A stretch of DNA of 64,000 nucleotides from an uncultured Candidatus Rokubacteria bacterium (GCA_963754315.1 CAVWFS010000016.1:96001-160000); one strand, 5' to 3'; shown: positions 1 to 9,880, counted from the first letter of the stretch. The notes: generated from the sequence alone by a model not told the origin. Program-made: numbers and translations.

Positions 1-70
1 ACGGACGCCTGGGTGGCCGAGCAGGGCGAGCGTCTCGTCTCACTCGTTCTCTTCGGATCGGTCGCCCGCG
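1..70 (+). pseudogene. Truncated MNT-type nucleotidyltransferase fragment (starts before the window)
   Basis: Frame 1 reads ..GERLVSLVLFGSVAR, the MNT GSxAR motif, but the DxD motif does not follow and the frame runs into unrelated sequence. Confidence 0.5.
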
Positions 71-214
71 TCAAACCGTCCCGTCTCGGCTCGCCTGTCT
101 CTGCCCTCCCCCACTCCCCCTTTTTGGGCGGCTGGAACCTAGCCTCTGGGCGGCCCGGCTCGCTGGCTCGGGCACGAGCAAGGGAACGACCGCCGAGCTG
201 TCCCAGAACCTCAC
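71..214 (-). pseudogene. vapC: Truncated VapC/PIN toxin (N-terminal ~25 aa only)
   Basis: GTG overlaps the antitoxin stop (GTGA); MRFWDSSAVVPLLVPEPASRAAQRL is a PIN N-terminus, followed by unrelated sequence and a stop after 47 aa. Confidence 0.7.
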
Positions 215-510
215 CGCCCCTCCTGGCGTTCCTCGAGAAGCGCGCCGAGCACGCCCGAAGGTCTCTTCGTGGGCGACAGCTTCCTCGCAATCAAGGCGCG
301 CGGTGGCAGCGCGGTCGCGCGCCGAAGCCCGCCCCGCCGCTCCAGCCTGGCCAGCCGCCCGTCGGGGTCCTGGGCGGCTCCCGTGAGCGCTGACACCAGG
401 CGCGCGACCGGGCGCCCCCGGTCGGTGATCACGATCGTCTCGCCATGCCGCACCCGATCGATCAGCGCGCTCAGCTGATTCTTCGCCTCGGTTATTGTAG
501 CTTTCTTCAC
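211..510 (-). CDS. Phd/YefM family antitoxin
   Basis: MKKATITEAKNQLSALIDRVRHGETIVITDRGRPVARL is a typical Phd motif; GTG start at 510. Confidence 0.9.
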   Translation of the reverse strand: MKKATITEAKNQLSALIDRVRHGETIVITDRGRPVARLVSALTGAAQDPDGRLARLERRGGLRRATALPPRALIARKLSPTKRPSGVLGALLEERQEGR

Positions 511-516
511 ATGGCT

Positions 517-545
517 AGAATAGCTTGTGTCGAGTCGATGGGCAA
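517..545 (-). promoter_or_regulatory. Sigma70-like promoter, probably leaderless transcript
   Basis: TTGCCC-N17-TATTCT followed by 6 nt and then the GTG start. Confidence 0.55.
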
Positions 546-613
546 GACGCAACGAGCTGGCGGGAGCTCCACTTCCTCGGTCGGAGAGCGATAGATCGGG
601 TCGCGCGGAAGCG

Positions 614-1638
614 TCAGGCGGCCCACAGCTCGGGAAACTGGACGGCCAACCACTTGGCGAGTGCGGCATTCACGGCGACGGGCTTCTCCTGCGCCATCCA
701 GTGTCCGGACGGCACAACGACCTCCGTGAGATTGCGACAGTCTCGTCGCATCGGGTCCGCCAGACGGGAATCGACGGTCTCACACGTGTAGTCGTACTCC
801 CCGTGCAGGAACAGGACAGGCATGGCGAGTTGGCCGCCATTCGCCGCCTTGCTCGCGAACTCGAGGTTCCGTCCGTGGTTCATGTACCAGGAGTCCGGTC
901 CGAAGAATCCGTTGGCTTCGAGCGCCGCCACGTAGGTGTGAAGATCGCCCTCCGTCAGCACGTCCGTGTCCAGGGGCACATCGGGCGCGTGACCGGCGCC
1001 GCCGAACCAGCCGCCGTCTCGACGCACCTGGGCGGTGCGTGAGGGTTTGCCCTTGCCGCGTGGGCTTCCCTTCCTGAACAGGGCCTTGACCGTGTTGCGG
1101 ACATTGGCCTCGAACCCCGCCCGTGCGCGGTCGAAGCTCTCCTCGTAGAAAAGCTGATAGTCCCACTGTCCGAGGGGATACTGCGCGGATGGATAGACAG
1201 CGCGGTCGACCAACGGCGCCAGTGTGGCCGGGGCAAAGCCTTGCGCGAAATAGGGCACACAGAGATTGGCCACGCCGAGGCATCGCTCGGGATGATGGCT
1301 GGCCATGCTCCAGACCACCGGGCTGCCCCAATCGTGGCCAACCCATACGGCCTTGTCACGGCCCAGCCCATCGAGAAGCTCGAGCATGTCCGCCACACTG
1401 TGCTCCAGCGCGTAGTCATGGTGGCGTGAATACACGCTCGAACGGCCATAGCCCCGCATGTCGGGCGCCACTGCCCGGAACCCAAGACTCGCGAAACACG
1501 GCAGCTGATGCCGCCAGCTGAGGGACAGCTCTGGCCAGCCGTGCACGAACACGATGAGCGGGGCATCGGCGGCCCCGCACGCCAGGTAGAACGTCCGGTG
1601 TCGCTCGGTCTGCAGAAGGTCTCGGTGATTGGAAACAT
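614..1638 (-). CDS. Epoxide hydrolase-like alpha/beta hydrolase (1-bp frameshift near 1612)
   Basis: HGWPE, PDMRGYG, GHDWG nucleophile Asp and SGHW motifs; GGAGG RBS plus ATG (MFPITETF) at 1638 lie in a different frame from the main ORF. Confidence 0.85.
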
Positions 1639-1655
1639 TGTGACAACCTCCGCCC

Positions 1656-2081
1656 TCACGTGGGAACGACGGGGAGCCCGAGCGCGCGACCGGCCTGCCG
1701 TACCCTCTCGTCAAGGGTGAGGAGGGCAAGGTCTGGAACACGGGCGCTTGCTAGCACGGCACTGCAAAGATGGAGCGCGTCGAGGGTCCGGATGGGCTCG
1801 AGGGGAAATGGGCGCCGAGCGCGCTCCACAACATTTCCCTCGATCCGCATGATGCTCCAGTGCCTGGCTGCGGCGAGCAGGTCTCCATGCAGCCGAATGG
1901 CGTGGGCGCCAGAAAGGATGCCAGCGGCTTGGCGTCTGATGAGGATGCGGTCACATTCGACCAGGGTCAGATCGGAGGCAAGGACGATCTCGGCGCGGGC
2001 GAGCGTGCGCCGGACGAGGTCGGCCCTGGCTTCGCCAAGCAGCCAGCCGAGGATCGCACTGGACTCCGCGTAGAGGTTCAG
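1656..2081 (-). CDS. vapC: VapC/PIN domain toxin
   Basis: LNLYAESSAILGWLLGE..TLVECDR..RTLDALHL..LLTLDER PIN motifs; apparent CTG start. Confidence 0.85.
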   Translation of the reverse strand: MNLYAESSAILGWLLGEARADLVRRTLARAEIVLASDLTLVECDRILIRRQAAGILSGAHAIRLHGDLLAAARHWSIMRIEGNVVERARRPFPLEPIRTLDALHLCSAVLASARVPDLALLTLDERVRQAGRALGLPVVPT

Positions 2082-2361
2082 CGTCGCCCCGCTCCTCGTC
2101 GATGAGCCGTTGCAGCTCGCCGGGCTTGAGAAGCCTCGGCATGGGCCGGTACACCTTGGGATCGTTGGGGAGGCCGAGGGTGACGAGCCCGCGACGCGCG
2201 AGCTCGGCCAGGCCTTCTCGACCGGTGGCGGCCTCGCGGGGCGGCACCAGCTCGGCGACGACCTCACCGCGATCAGTGACTTGAATCTCGTGTCCAGCGC
2301 GCACCTGACGCACGTAGTGGCTCAAGCGGATTTTCAGCTGCCGCAGTCCGACCCTTGACAT
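2078..2361 (-). CDS. Phd/YefM family antitoxin (stop probably lost through a 1-bp deletion near 2082)
   Basis: MSRVGLRQLKIRLSHYVRQVRAGHEIQVTDRGEVVAELVP..LIDEERGD; the annotated read-through to 1951 overlaps the toxin. Confidence 0.85.
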
Positions 2362-2367
2362 ATGCCC

Positions 2368-2396
2368 AATGTAGCTTCATGGAGCCACATCGTCAA
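2368..2396 (-). promoter_or_regulatory. Promoter with overlapping operator palindrome
   Basis: TTGACG-N17-TACATT-N6-ATG; imperfect inverted repeat ATGTAGCTTC-AT-GGAGCCACAT at 2369-2390. Confidence 0.65.
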
Positions 2397-2419
2397 GCGA
2401 GGTTGACCGTGCTCTCGCT

Positions 2420-2788
2420 TCACGGCTCGAGGCGAAGCGGGGCGGCCAGACTGAGATTCTGACCGCGGAAGGCCCGCCGATACGCCGTCCGCTCCGACTT
2501 GCCGATGCCGTCCTTGACTGCCTCCAGGACGAAGTGGTGGGCATCTTGACCCGCGAAAACGAAGATCCCCGCCCCATCCGTCTGGGCGGTCGCTCTCGGC
2601 TCGAGCGTGGTCAGCGTCTTCTCCCTCAGGGTCACAGTGGCGCCGGCGACCGGCTGGCCGTCGGTCCCGATGACTCGGCCGGAGATGCGGCCATGGTTGT
2701 GGGTGGCTACGTAGAGGTTCCACGCGATCACCACGAGGGCGAGGGTGCCCAGCACGATGGTGTAGCGACTGAGGAGGATGCGCCGCAT
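2420..2788 (-). CDS. Membrane-anchored carboxypeptidase regulatory-like domain protein
   Basis: N-terminal TM segment, then GRISGRVIGTDGQPVAGATVTL..TDGAGIFVF. Confidence 0.75.
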   Translation of the reverse strand: MRRILLSRYTIVLGTLALVVIAWNLYVATHNHGRISGRVIGTDGQPVAGATVTLREKTLTTLEPRATAQTDGAGIFVFAGQDAHHFVLEAVKDGIGKSERTAYRRAFRGQNLSLAAPLRLEP

Positions 2789-2793
2789 GCGCG

Positions 2794-3606
2794 CTACCCC
2801 TTGGTGGCTCCGGCGGTGAGACCTTCAACGAATTGCCTCTGGGCGAGGACGAAGACAAGGAGGCCGGGGAGCAAGACCATGATGCAGAAGGCATAGAGCG
2901 CGCCCGTGGTGTTCTCGAGGTAGCTGAGAAACGTCGAGAGCCCGAGGGGGAGGGTCTGCATGTCCTGGTTGCGCACCACGATGAGCGGCCACAAGAAATT
3001 GTTCCACGACCAGATGAAGGCCAGGATCACGTTGGTCGCCACCGCGGCTGTCGACAGGGGCAACACGATGCGGGCGAGGATGCGGAGGTCGCCCAGACCG
3101 TCGAGACGAGCGGCGTCGAGGAGCGACCGTGGCACCGCGTCGAAGGCCGCCTTGAACACGAAGATGCACACGATGGTGGAGCAGAGCGGCAGGGCCAGCC
3201 CCAGGTGGGTATTGAGCAGCCGCAGCTCCTTGGTGATGAGGTAGGCGGGGATGATGGTGGCCTGGAAAGGAATCATCATGCAGGAGAGGAGTACGAGCAC
3301 CACCGCCCGCTTGCCTCTGAATCCGAGGGTCAACGCGTAACCCGCCATGGCGTTGAAGACCACGTTGCCCACGACCACGATGAGCGAGACCACCACACTG
3401 TTGACAAGAAAACGCACGAAGGGGATGTAGTACCAGACGTCGACGTAGTAGTAGAGGTGCACGTCGCGCGGGAGGAGGGCGGGCGGGTAGGCGAAGATGT
3501 TGTCGCCGGTGATGCTTGTCCGGAGAACCCAGTAGAGCGGCACCAGCATGGCCGCCGACACGACGAGGAGGGCGAGGTGGATCGGCCAGCTGCGTCCGCG
3601 CCGCAT
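2794..3606 (-). CDS. Carbohydrate ABC transporter permease (MalG-like)
   Basis: EAA loop LLDAARLDG and WNNFLWP. Confidence 0.92.
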   Translation of the reverse strand: MRRGRSWPIHLALLVVSAAMLVPLYWVLRTSITGDNIFAYPPALLPRDVHLYYYVDVWYYIPFVRFLVNSVVVSLIVVVGNVVFNAMAGYALTLGFRGKRAVVLVLLSCMMIPFQATIIPAYLITKELRLLNTHLGLALPLCSTIVCIFVFKAAFDAVPRSLLDAARLDGLGDLRILARIVLPLSTAAVATNVILAFIWSWNNFLWPLIVVRNQDMQTLPLGLSTFLSYLENTTGALYAFCIMVLLPGLLVFVLAQRQFVEGLTAGATKG

Positions 3607-3613
3607 CCCGGGC

Positions 3614-4513
3614 CTAGTCGGCGGCCTCCACGGCGCCGGCCTCGCCTCCCGACACGCGGTTGGCGGCCCAGGTCACCGCGAGGAGCAGCAGGAACAGCAC
3701 CACGGTCAGGGCGGCCGCATAGTCGAGCTGGCTCAGCACGAAACCCGCCCGATAAATGTAGGTGATCAGCAGCTCCGTCGCGTAATTCGGCCCCCCGCGC
3801 GTCATCACATAGATCAGGTCGAAGCTGGTGAAGGAATTGATGATTCCGAGAACGAGGCAGAGGAAGAGCGACGGCCTGAGCAGTGGCACGGTGATCCGCA
3901 GGAAGCGCTGCGGGCGATCGGCGCCGTCGATGGCGGCCGCCTCATACAGCGCAGCCGGAATGCTCTGCAGCCCCGCCAGCAGGATGATCATGAAGAAGCC
4001 CACGATCTGCCACACGGCGGCCACGATCACGCTCGGCATGGCCCAGGTGAAGGAGTCGAGGAACGGGATGCCCTTGGCGATGAAGCCGAGCCGGATGAGC
4101 GCGTAGTTGATGAGGCCGAGCTTCTCGTCGTAGAGCCAACGCCAGATGATGCCGACCGCCACCGTCATGAGGGGATAGGACACGAAGATGATGGCTCGGT
4201 AGACGGTTCGCCCGCGAATGCCGGCATTGACCAGGAGGGCCAGGGCCAGGGCGAGCGCGATGCCGAGAGGAGCGCTCGACATGTAGACGAGCGTGTTGCG
4301 CAGCGACGTCCAGAACACATCGTCGTGAAGGAGCATCTCCTCGTAGTGGTAGAGGCCGGCGAACTCGGCGGGCCTGAGGGGCGACCACTTCTGGAGGGAG
4401 AGCACGGCGTTCCACCCGAGCGGGATGATGCGGTAGAGGAGGAAAATCGCCAGCGACGGCGCCAGCAGGAGCCAGACGATCCCCTGGCGCCGCCACCAGC
4501 GAGCGATGGTCAC
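3614..4513 (-). CDS. Carbohydrate ABC transporter permease (MalF-like)
   Basis: LAGLQSIP..LYEAAAIDGA and MTRGGP; GTG overlaps the SBP stop. Confidence 0.92.
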   Translation of the reverse strand: MTIARWWRRQGIVWLLLAPSLAIFLLYRIIPLGWNAVLSLQKWSPLRPAEFAGLYHYEEMLLHDDVFWTSLRNTLVYMSSAPLGIALALALALLVNAGIRGRTVYRAIIFVSYPLMTVAVGIIWRWLYDEKLGLINYALIRLGFIAKGIPFLDSFTWAMPSVIVAAVWQIVGFFMIILLAGLQSIPAALYEAAAIDGADRPQRFLRITVPLLRPSLFLCLVLGIINSFTSFDLIYVMTRGGPNYATELLITYIYRAGFVLSQLDYAAALTVVLFLLLLAVTWAANRVSGGEAGAVEAAD

Positions 4514-5757
4514 CGCTGGAGCACCCGATTCACTTTGCGCTCGGCCTCGGCCAAGGCCTGGGCGGCCGGCTTGCGGCCGAGAAGCGCGGCCTGGATCTCG
4601 GTAAAGAACGCCTCCTTGATCTGGGCATCCTTCGCCTGCCGCCAGTTGCCCACCAGCTTGTCGAGCTGCTCGACTTGCGTCCGGAGGACGGCGTGGGCGA
4701 GAGGATCCTCTTTCTGGAAATACTCCAGGACGCGCGTGTCGACCTTGGTGGCCCCGGTCAAGTTCCGGAGCGTCGTGCCGAAGGTGTAACCCCACTTCTC
4801 GTTGGTGGCCACCTTGATGAAGTCCCAGGCGAGATCGGGATGCTTGCTCGACTTCGAGATGCCGAACCCGTGACTGTTGGGGGTGGAGAACCCGCCCGGC
4901 ATGTGGGTCACGCCCAGCGTCTCCGCGCTTATCCACTTCCCGGTGCCGCGCACGTAGAAGAACGCGGGGGCGTGTGCCTGGTACATTCCCACGGTACCCG
5001 AAGCGAAGGCGTCGTTGGGTTCCACCCAGCGGCCCGTCCAGCTGACCTTGTTGATGGCGCCGTCGGCGGTAGCCTTGGTCAGGGCCTCCAACACCTTCGT
5101 GGCGGCCGGGGTATTAAAGGCGGCCTTCTTGCCGTCCGGGCCCAGCAACTCCACACCGTTCATGGCGAAGAGCGGCCAGTAGAGCCAGTCGAAGTTGAGG
5201 GTCATGAAGCCCGACTTCTCTGCCTTTCCCATGGCCTGCGTGAACGCCATCAGCTCGTCGAACGACTGGGGCGGGCGAGTGAGCCCGGCCTCCTTGAACA
5301 TCGTCTTGTTGTAGAAGAGTAGGGTCTTGCTGATGTAGAAGGGCACCATGTACTGCTTGCCCTCGTAGTTCCAGCTGGGGAGGATGCGCGGGTTGTAGTA
5401 ATCCTTCAGTTCTGGATCGCGGGCCAGATAGGGGCCAAGATCCACCAGACCGTTGTTGGCGGCGTATTCCAGCCAGAGGCCACCTTGCACGTCGATGACG
5501 TCGGGTGCGGTGCCCGCCACCAGCTGCGTCTGGTAGAAGGGGCCCCAGTCGGGGCCCTTCTTGTCGAGCCACTCAACCTGAACATCGGGATGGATCTTCT
5601 TGAAGTCCGCGATCCAGCCCTCGATCTTCTCCTTGTAGATGGGAATGTTCCACGTCAAGAGGCTGATCTTTCTCTGCGACTCCGCCGTTCCTGGAAGGCC
5701 AGCCAAACCCACCGCGAACAGGACAGCTCCCAAGGTCACCAGACGACCCAGCTTCAT
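4510..5757 (-). CDS. Sugar ABC transporter substrate-binding protein
   Basis: Signal peptide MKLGRLVTLGAVLFAVG; family 1 SBP motifs APDV and LFYNKTMFKEAG. Confidence 0.9.
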   Translation of the reverse strand: MKLGRLVTLGAVLFAVGLAGLPGTAESQRKISLLTWNIPIYKEKIEGWIADFKKIHPDVQVEWLDKKGPDWGPFYQTQLVAGTAPDVIDVQGGLWLEYAANNGLVDLGPYLARDPELKDYYNPRILPSWNYEGKQYMVPFYISKTLLFYNKTMFKEAGLTRPPQSFDELMAFTQAMGKAEKSGFMTLNFDWLYWPLFAMNGVELLGPDGKKAAFNTPAATKVLEALTKATADGAINKVSWTGRWVEPNDAFASGTVGMYQAHAPAFFYVRGTGKWISAETLGVTHMPGGFSTPNSHGFGISKSSKHPDLAWDFIKVATNEKWGYTFGTTLRNLTGATKVDTRVLEYFQKEDPLAHAVLRTQVEQLDKLVGNWRQAKDAQIKEAFFTEIQAALLGRKPAAQALAEAERKVNRVLQR

Positions 5758-5786
5758 GATGTGCTCCTTTCCCATCGTGGCCCTCA

Positions 5787-6806
5787 TCAGAACGTCAGGG
5801 CGACCTCGCGCCCCTCGCGCAGGGATCGCTCCACCTCTAGACACACGACGATACGCTTGCGCGCCTCCACCCCTGACACCAGCGCGCGCCGGTCCCGGAA
5901 AGCGGCCACGGTCTGGACGATCTCGTCCTCCAGCTCGAAGAGCTCTCCCGAGGAGCGGAGCTCGATCGCCTCGCACTCCGCCCGCCCGCGCCGCTTGACC
6001 TTCAGCTCGAAGGCCGGGTGCCGGGTGCGGTCCATGGTTCCCGACCACCACGTGCGGATGGCCCCGGCGCTGCCGATGATCTCGACCGTGTGGTGGTGCT
6101 CGAAGCCGGCCAAGGTCTGCGTGATCACGGCGTACAGCGTGCCGGGGAAGCGCACAATGACCGAGAGATTGTCGGCCATCCCGGCGCCGCCCTGTGATCC
6201 GTTGCCGACGGCGAGGACGGCGCGCGGATCACCCCGGCCCTCGAAGTACCACATGACGAAATCGAAGAAATGCACGGGCTCTTCGAGAATCCACGAGCCG
6301 ACTTGGCCGGGCGCGTAGCGCCAATCACCACTGCCACGGCGGTAGGGAAAGCGAAAGAGTGTGACGAGGGCGTAGCGCGGTTCGCCGATCTCTCCCGTGT
6401 CGATCAGACGCTTGATGGCACCCCACTGGCTGGAGAGCCGCAGCTCGTGGCCGATGCTCAAGACGCGATCGTGGGCGGCGGCCGCCGCCAGCAGCCGGTC
6501 GCACCCCTCGACCGTGGTCGCCATGGGTTTTTCGAGAAGCACGTCCTTGCCGGCCTCCAGAGCGGCGCAGCCGATCTCGGCGTGCAGATGGTTGGGCACG
6601 ACGATGTCGACGGCATCGATGCGCGGATCACGGAGGAGGTCTCGGTAGTCGAGGTAGACCGGCACCTCCGGGTGATCGGCGCGCGCCGTGGCGGCGGTGG
6701 CAGTGCTCGCGCAGGCAATGGCGCCGAGTGAGGCCTCCGAGGCCTTGATGATGGCGGCAGCGTGATGTCGCCCCCACGCTCCGTATCCGATGAGCCCGAA
6801 ACGCAC
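5787..6806 (-). CDS. Gfo/Idh/MocA family oxidoreductase
   Basis: GLIGYGAWG, VPNHLHAE, LLEKPMA and HFFD motifs. Confidence 0.92.
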   Translation of the reverse strand: MRFGLIGYGAWGRHHAAAIIKASEASLGAIACASTATAATARADHPEVPVYLDYRDLLRDPRIDAVDIVVPNHLHAEIGCAALEAGKDVLLEKPMATTVEGCDRLLAAAAAHDRVLSIGHELRLSSQWGAIKRLIDTGEIGEPRYALVTLFRFPYRRGSGDWRYAPGQVGSWILEEPVHFFDFVMWYFEGRGDPRAVLAVGNGSQGGAGMADNLSVIVRFPGTLYAVITQTLAGFEHHHTVEIIGSAGAIRTWWSGTMDRTRHPAFELKVKRRGRAECEAIELRSSGELFELEDEIVQTVAAFRDRRALVSGVEARKRIVVCLEVERSLREGREVALTF

Positions 6807-6853
6807 GCGCGGTCCTCGCTAGAGGCGAGCGTCCACGACGTCTGTGCCGGACC

Positions 6854-7792
6854 TCACACCATGGCCTCGCCGGCCTGCCATAGATCGCGAAATCGCGTCG
6901 CCACCACCTGATCGTAAGCGACCGGGCCTGGCAAGAGGCCGATCGCCTGCGCGAACTCGTTCATCGCCGTCACCGCCGCGTGCGATACCGCCGGGTTGTA
7001 GAAGGGCAGATCACGCTTCACGACGGTCGCAATGATCTCGGCCGCATCTGGTGGAAAACGTCGCCGACCCACCTCGGTGGCCCGCTCAGGTTCCTGCTTG
7101 AGGATGCGCTGCGCCTTGACGATGGCCTGCACGGCTCCCGCCACGCGCGTTGGATCACGGGCAATCAGGGTGTCGGTCGTGGAGAGCCCGGCGAACGTGT
7201 ACTGGCCAGCACCGGGTGGACCGTCTCCACGACGAACGTCGACCACGATCTGCCCCACCCCGCGCCGCACGGCAGTCTCACTGCCGAGCGCGTTTGCCCA
7301 GAAACCGTCGACGAGACCGCGTTCGAGCGCATCGGCGGCAAGAACGCCGAAGGAGGCACCGGGGTCGTCGGCGCCCGGCACGGGAGCGATGGCGATGCCG
7401 TCCCGCTTGGGATCGATGCTAACCGCCCTCAGGAGCTGGAGAAATGCGCGGTCGGGCCCCTGAGCGGCTCCGATACGACGGCCCTTGACCGCGTCGATAT
7501 CACCGCGGCGTATGTTGAGGTCGCTGCGTAACACGAGGAGCCAGGGGGTTCCCTCGGAGAGCGTCACCACGACTTTTGCGCCCGTCCAGCCCGGAAAGGC
7601 AAGCAGAGTGCTGTGGGCACCACCCGCCACGAAATCGACCAGACCGTCCCGCAGCGCGTTCACCGCCTCGAGCGACGGCAGCAGCTCGACGTGCGCGTCG
7701 AGTCCTTCCTCGCGGTAGAGCCCGAGCTCCTCGGCGGCAAGAGCTGGGAAGTACGAGTTCGTCACGAGGTCGGGCGTGGCGATCCTGATCAT
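6854..7792 (-). CDS. NMT1/THI5-like substrate-binding-fold protein without signal peptide
   Basis: GAGGA RBS, then MIRIATPDLVTNSYFPALAAEELGLYREEGLD; the track ORF fuses it to the upstream LLM gene only because of a frameshift. Confidence 0.8.
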   Translation of the reverse strand: MIRIATPDLVTNSYFPALAAEELGLYREEGLDAHVELLPSLEAVNALRDGLVDFVAGGAHSTLLAFPGWTGAKVVVTLSEGTPWLLVLRSDLNIRRGDIDAVKGRRIGAAQGPDRAFLQLLRAVSIDPKRDGIAIAPVPGADDPGASFGVLAADALERGLVDGFWANALGSETAVRRGVGQIVVDVRRGDGPPGAGQYTFAGLSTTDTLIARDPTRVAGAVQAIVKAQRILKQEPERATEVGRRRFPPDAAEIIATVVKRDLPFYNPAVSHAAVTAMNEFAQAIGLLPGPVAYDQVVATRFRDLWQAGEAMV

Positions 7793-7830
7793 GGCAGTCC
7801 TCGCACGGTGAAGGGCATCTGCATCGCGAG

Positions 7831-8722
7831 TTACGCGGCCGCCGGCGCTACCTCCTTGGCCAGGCGCGCCATTGTGCGCATCATGCCGTGGACGTCGACG
7901 CGCGGGAGGTCGAAGGTCAGCCACTCGGCACCCAGCGCCTTGGCACGTCGTACGTCGGCGGCCACCTCGTCGAGCGAGCCCTGGAATGCGGCGCGGCCGG
8001 CGCCCTGCGGGCGGTCGGTCAAGTCGAGAAGATTGCGCGGCGCGAGTCCCGGGGCCTGGCGTCGGCCGGCGCGCTCCGCCATCTCGCGCACCGTGGTGTA
8101 CCCCCTCTCGAGGTCGTCGAGGCTGAGGGAGAGCGGATGCCACGCATCGCCTAGCTCCGCGCAGCGCCGGAGAGCTGCCGGCGAGGCCGCCCCCGGCGAG
8201 CCACCAACCCAGATCGGAGGGTGCGGCTGTTGCACGGGGCGTGGCGAGAATGACGCCCCGGAGAAGGTAAGGAATTCGCCCTTGTAGGACGGGAGGTCGG
8301 TCGGCCCAGGCGGCCTTGATGGCGCGGATGTAGTCATTGCTCATCCGGCCGCGCCGGTGAAACGGAAGCCCGAGATCGACGAACTCCTCCTGGTCCCAGC
8401 CCACTCCCACGCCGAAGATGAAGCGCCCCCTTGAGGCCTGGTCGACCGTGGCCGCAGACTTGGCAGCCACCAGGGCGTTCCGATACGGAAGGACGATGAC
8501 GCTGGCGCCGAGGTAGAGACGACGCGTGCGTCCCGCGAGGAACGCGAGCAGCGCGAAGGGATCCGGCCAGTGCGCCCCGTAGTGCTGCGTGGTGGCCGGC
8601 TTGGCCAGGATGTGATCGGGCACGAAAATCCCGTCGAGACTCAGCTCCTCCGCGCGGACGGCCAGCGCCTCGGCGTCGGCCACGGTGAGCTGCCAGATGG
8701 GGAGCACGGCGCCGAACTTCAT
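7831..8722 (-). CDS. LLM-class (F420/flavin-dependent) oxidoreductase, Rv2161c-like; frameshift near 8300
   Basis: MKFGAVLP..VPDH..LPYRN..GVGVGW in one frame continues as FSPRPVQQPHPPIWVGG in another. Confidence 0.85.
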
Positions 8723-8762
8723 CGTCCACCTCCTCGTCGAGGTGCCTGCAGAGGTCCTTATA

Positions 8763-9827
8763 CTACGGTGAGGCCTCTGCCCGTCGGATAGCCTCCGCGA
8801 GGCGGTCAGCCACGAAGGCGTTGCCGGGACCGGTCATGTGCCGGCGGTAGAATGCCGCGAAGCGCGCGCCATCGCGCGCCTGCACCTCGGCGAGCGGGCC
8901 GTGCAGATCGAGCAGCACGGCCGCCGAGCGGTTCAGGCCCTCCAACACCTCCGTCGCGATGGCTCGTTCTTTGACCGTGAGGCCACGTTCGCCCTGTGCC
9001 ACGACCAGCAGCCGTACCCCCCTCGCGTTGAGATCATCGGAGAGCCCGCGCAGGAGGTGAATGGCCACCCTTCTGCCGTCTTTGTGCACCCGGATGGTGC
9101 GTGGCCCTCCCTCCAGCCAGTAGTGAGGAGCGATCTGCTTCATCACGGTGTGGGCAACGAAGCTATGCCCCAGGATCCGTCGGAGCCCATCCGGCGCCAT
9201 GGGCTGCGGCGGGGGAACCGGCTGAGGACCGGACCGCAACTGGCCGTGCTCGAGGTAAAAGTAGGGCTTGGCGGCGCCGAACTGGCTCAGCTCGCAGCGG
9301 ACGACGTCGTGGGGAGTGAAGCTCACGATGACCCACTCCGGTCGCAGGAGAGGGACGAGCCTTTGTGCGCGCAGCACCGTCTGATCCAAACCGTAGCCGA
9401 ACACGCCGGCGTTCAAGACGGGCCGTCGCAAGGTACGCTCCAGGTGAGCGGGCCATGTCTCGGTGTCGGCGACCTCATCCCCGAACGTGAACGAGTCACC
9501 GACGGCGAGGATGGAGCGGCCGCCGCTTGGGGGATCGCCGGGCCCGTTCGCGCGCAGGCTGGTGGCAGTGATGGTCACCTGCGTGCGCCAGGCGTTGCGA
9601 TCACCCGAAAATCCAGCCTTGGGGATCCAACCTAGCTCGGGATCGTAGCTCACGGGATACGCGCTCTTGAGCAGGCCGCGGTTTCTCTCGAGAAAACTGT
9701 CGGTCCAGTTCCCCGAGCTGGCGCGCACGCCAACTTCGACGATGACCACCGCGCCCAGCACGCCCGCCAGGATCAGAACGAGCGCGAGAGCCGCGGGCCG
9801 CACCCAGAATGAAGGCCGGCGTTCCAC
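8763..9827 (-). CDS. Membrane-anchored SGNH/GDSL hydrolase-like protein
   Basis: VGDSFTFG, NAGVFGYGLDQ and terminal H-x-T-x-x-GN motifs. Confidence 0.8.
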   Translation of the reverse strand: MERRPSFWVRPAALALVLILAGVLGAVVIVEVGVRASSGNWTDSFLERNRGLLKSAYPVSYDPELGWIPKAGFSGDRNAWRTQVTITATSLRANGPGDPPSGGRSILAVGDSFTFGDEVADTETWPAHLERTLRRPVLNAGVFGYGLDQTVLRAQRLVPLLRPEWVIVSFTPHDVVRCELSQFGAAKPYFYLEHGQLRSGPQPVPPPQPMAPDGLRRILGHSFVAHTVMKQIAPHYWLEGGPRTIRVHKDGRRVAIHLLRGLSDDLNARGVRLLVVAQGERGLTVKERAIATEVLEGLNRSAAVLLDLHGPLAEVQARDGARFAAFYRRHMTGPGNAFVADRLAEAIRRAEASP

Positions 9828-9880
9828 GGCCGCTCAGTCTTTGTGACGGCAAGCGGGCACCTTGCGCGCCGACCCGCTGC

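Noticed and set aside
6854..8722. 622-aa apparent LLM-SBP fusion in the ORF track
   Set aside because: Artefact of the frameshift near 8300; the LLM C-terminus is in another frame and the SBP-fold gene has its own RBS
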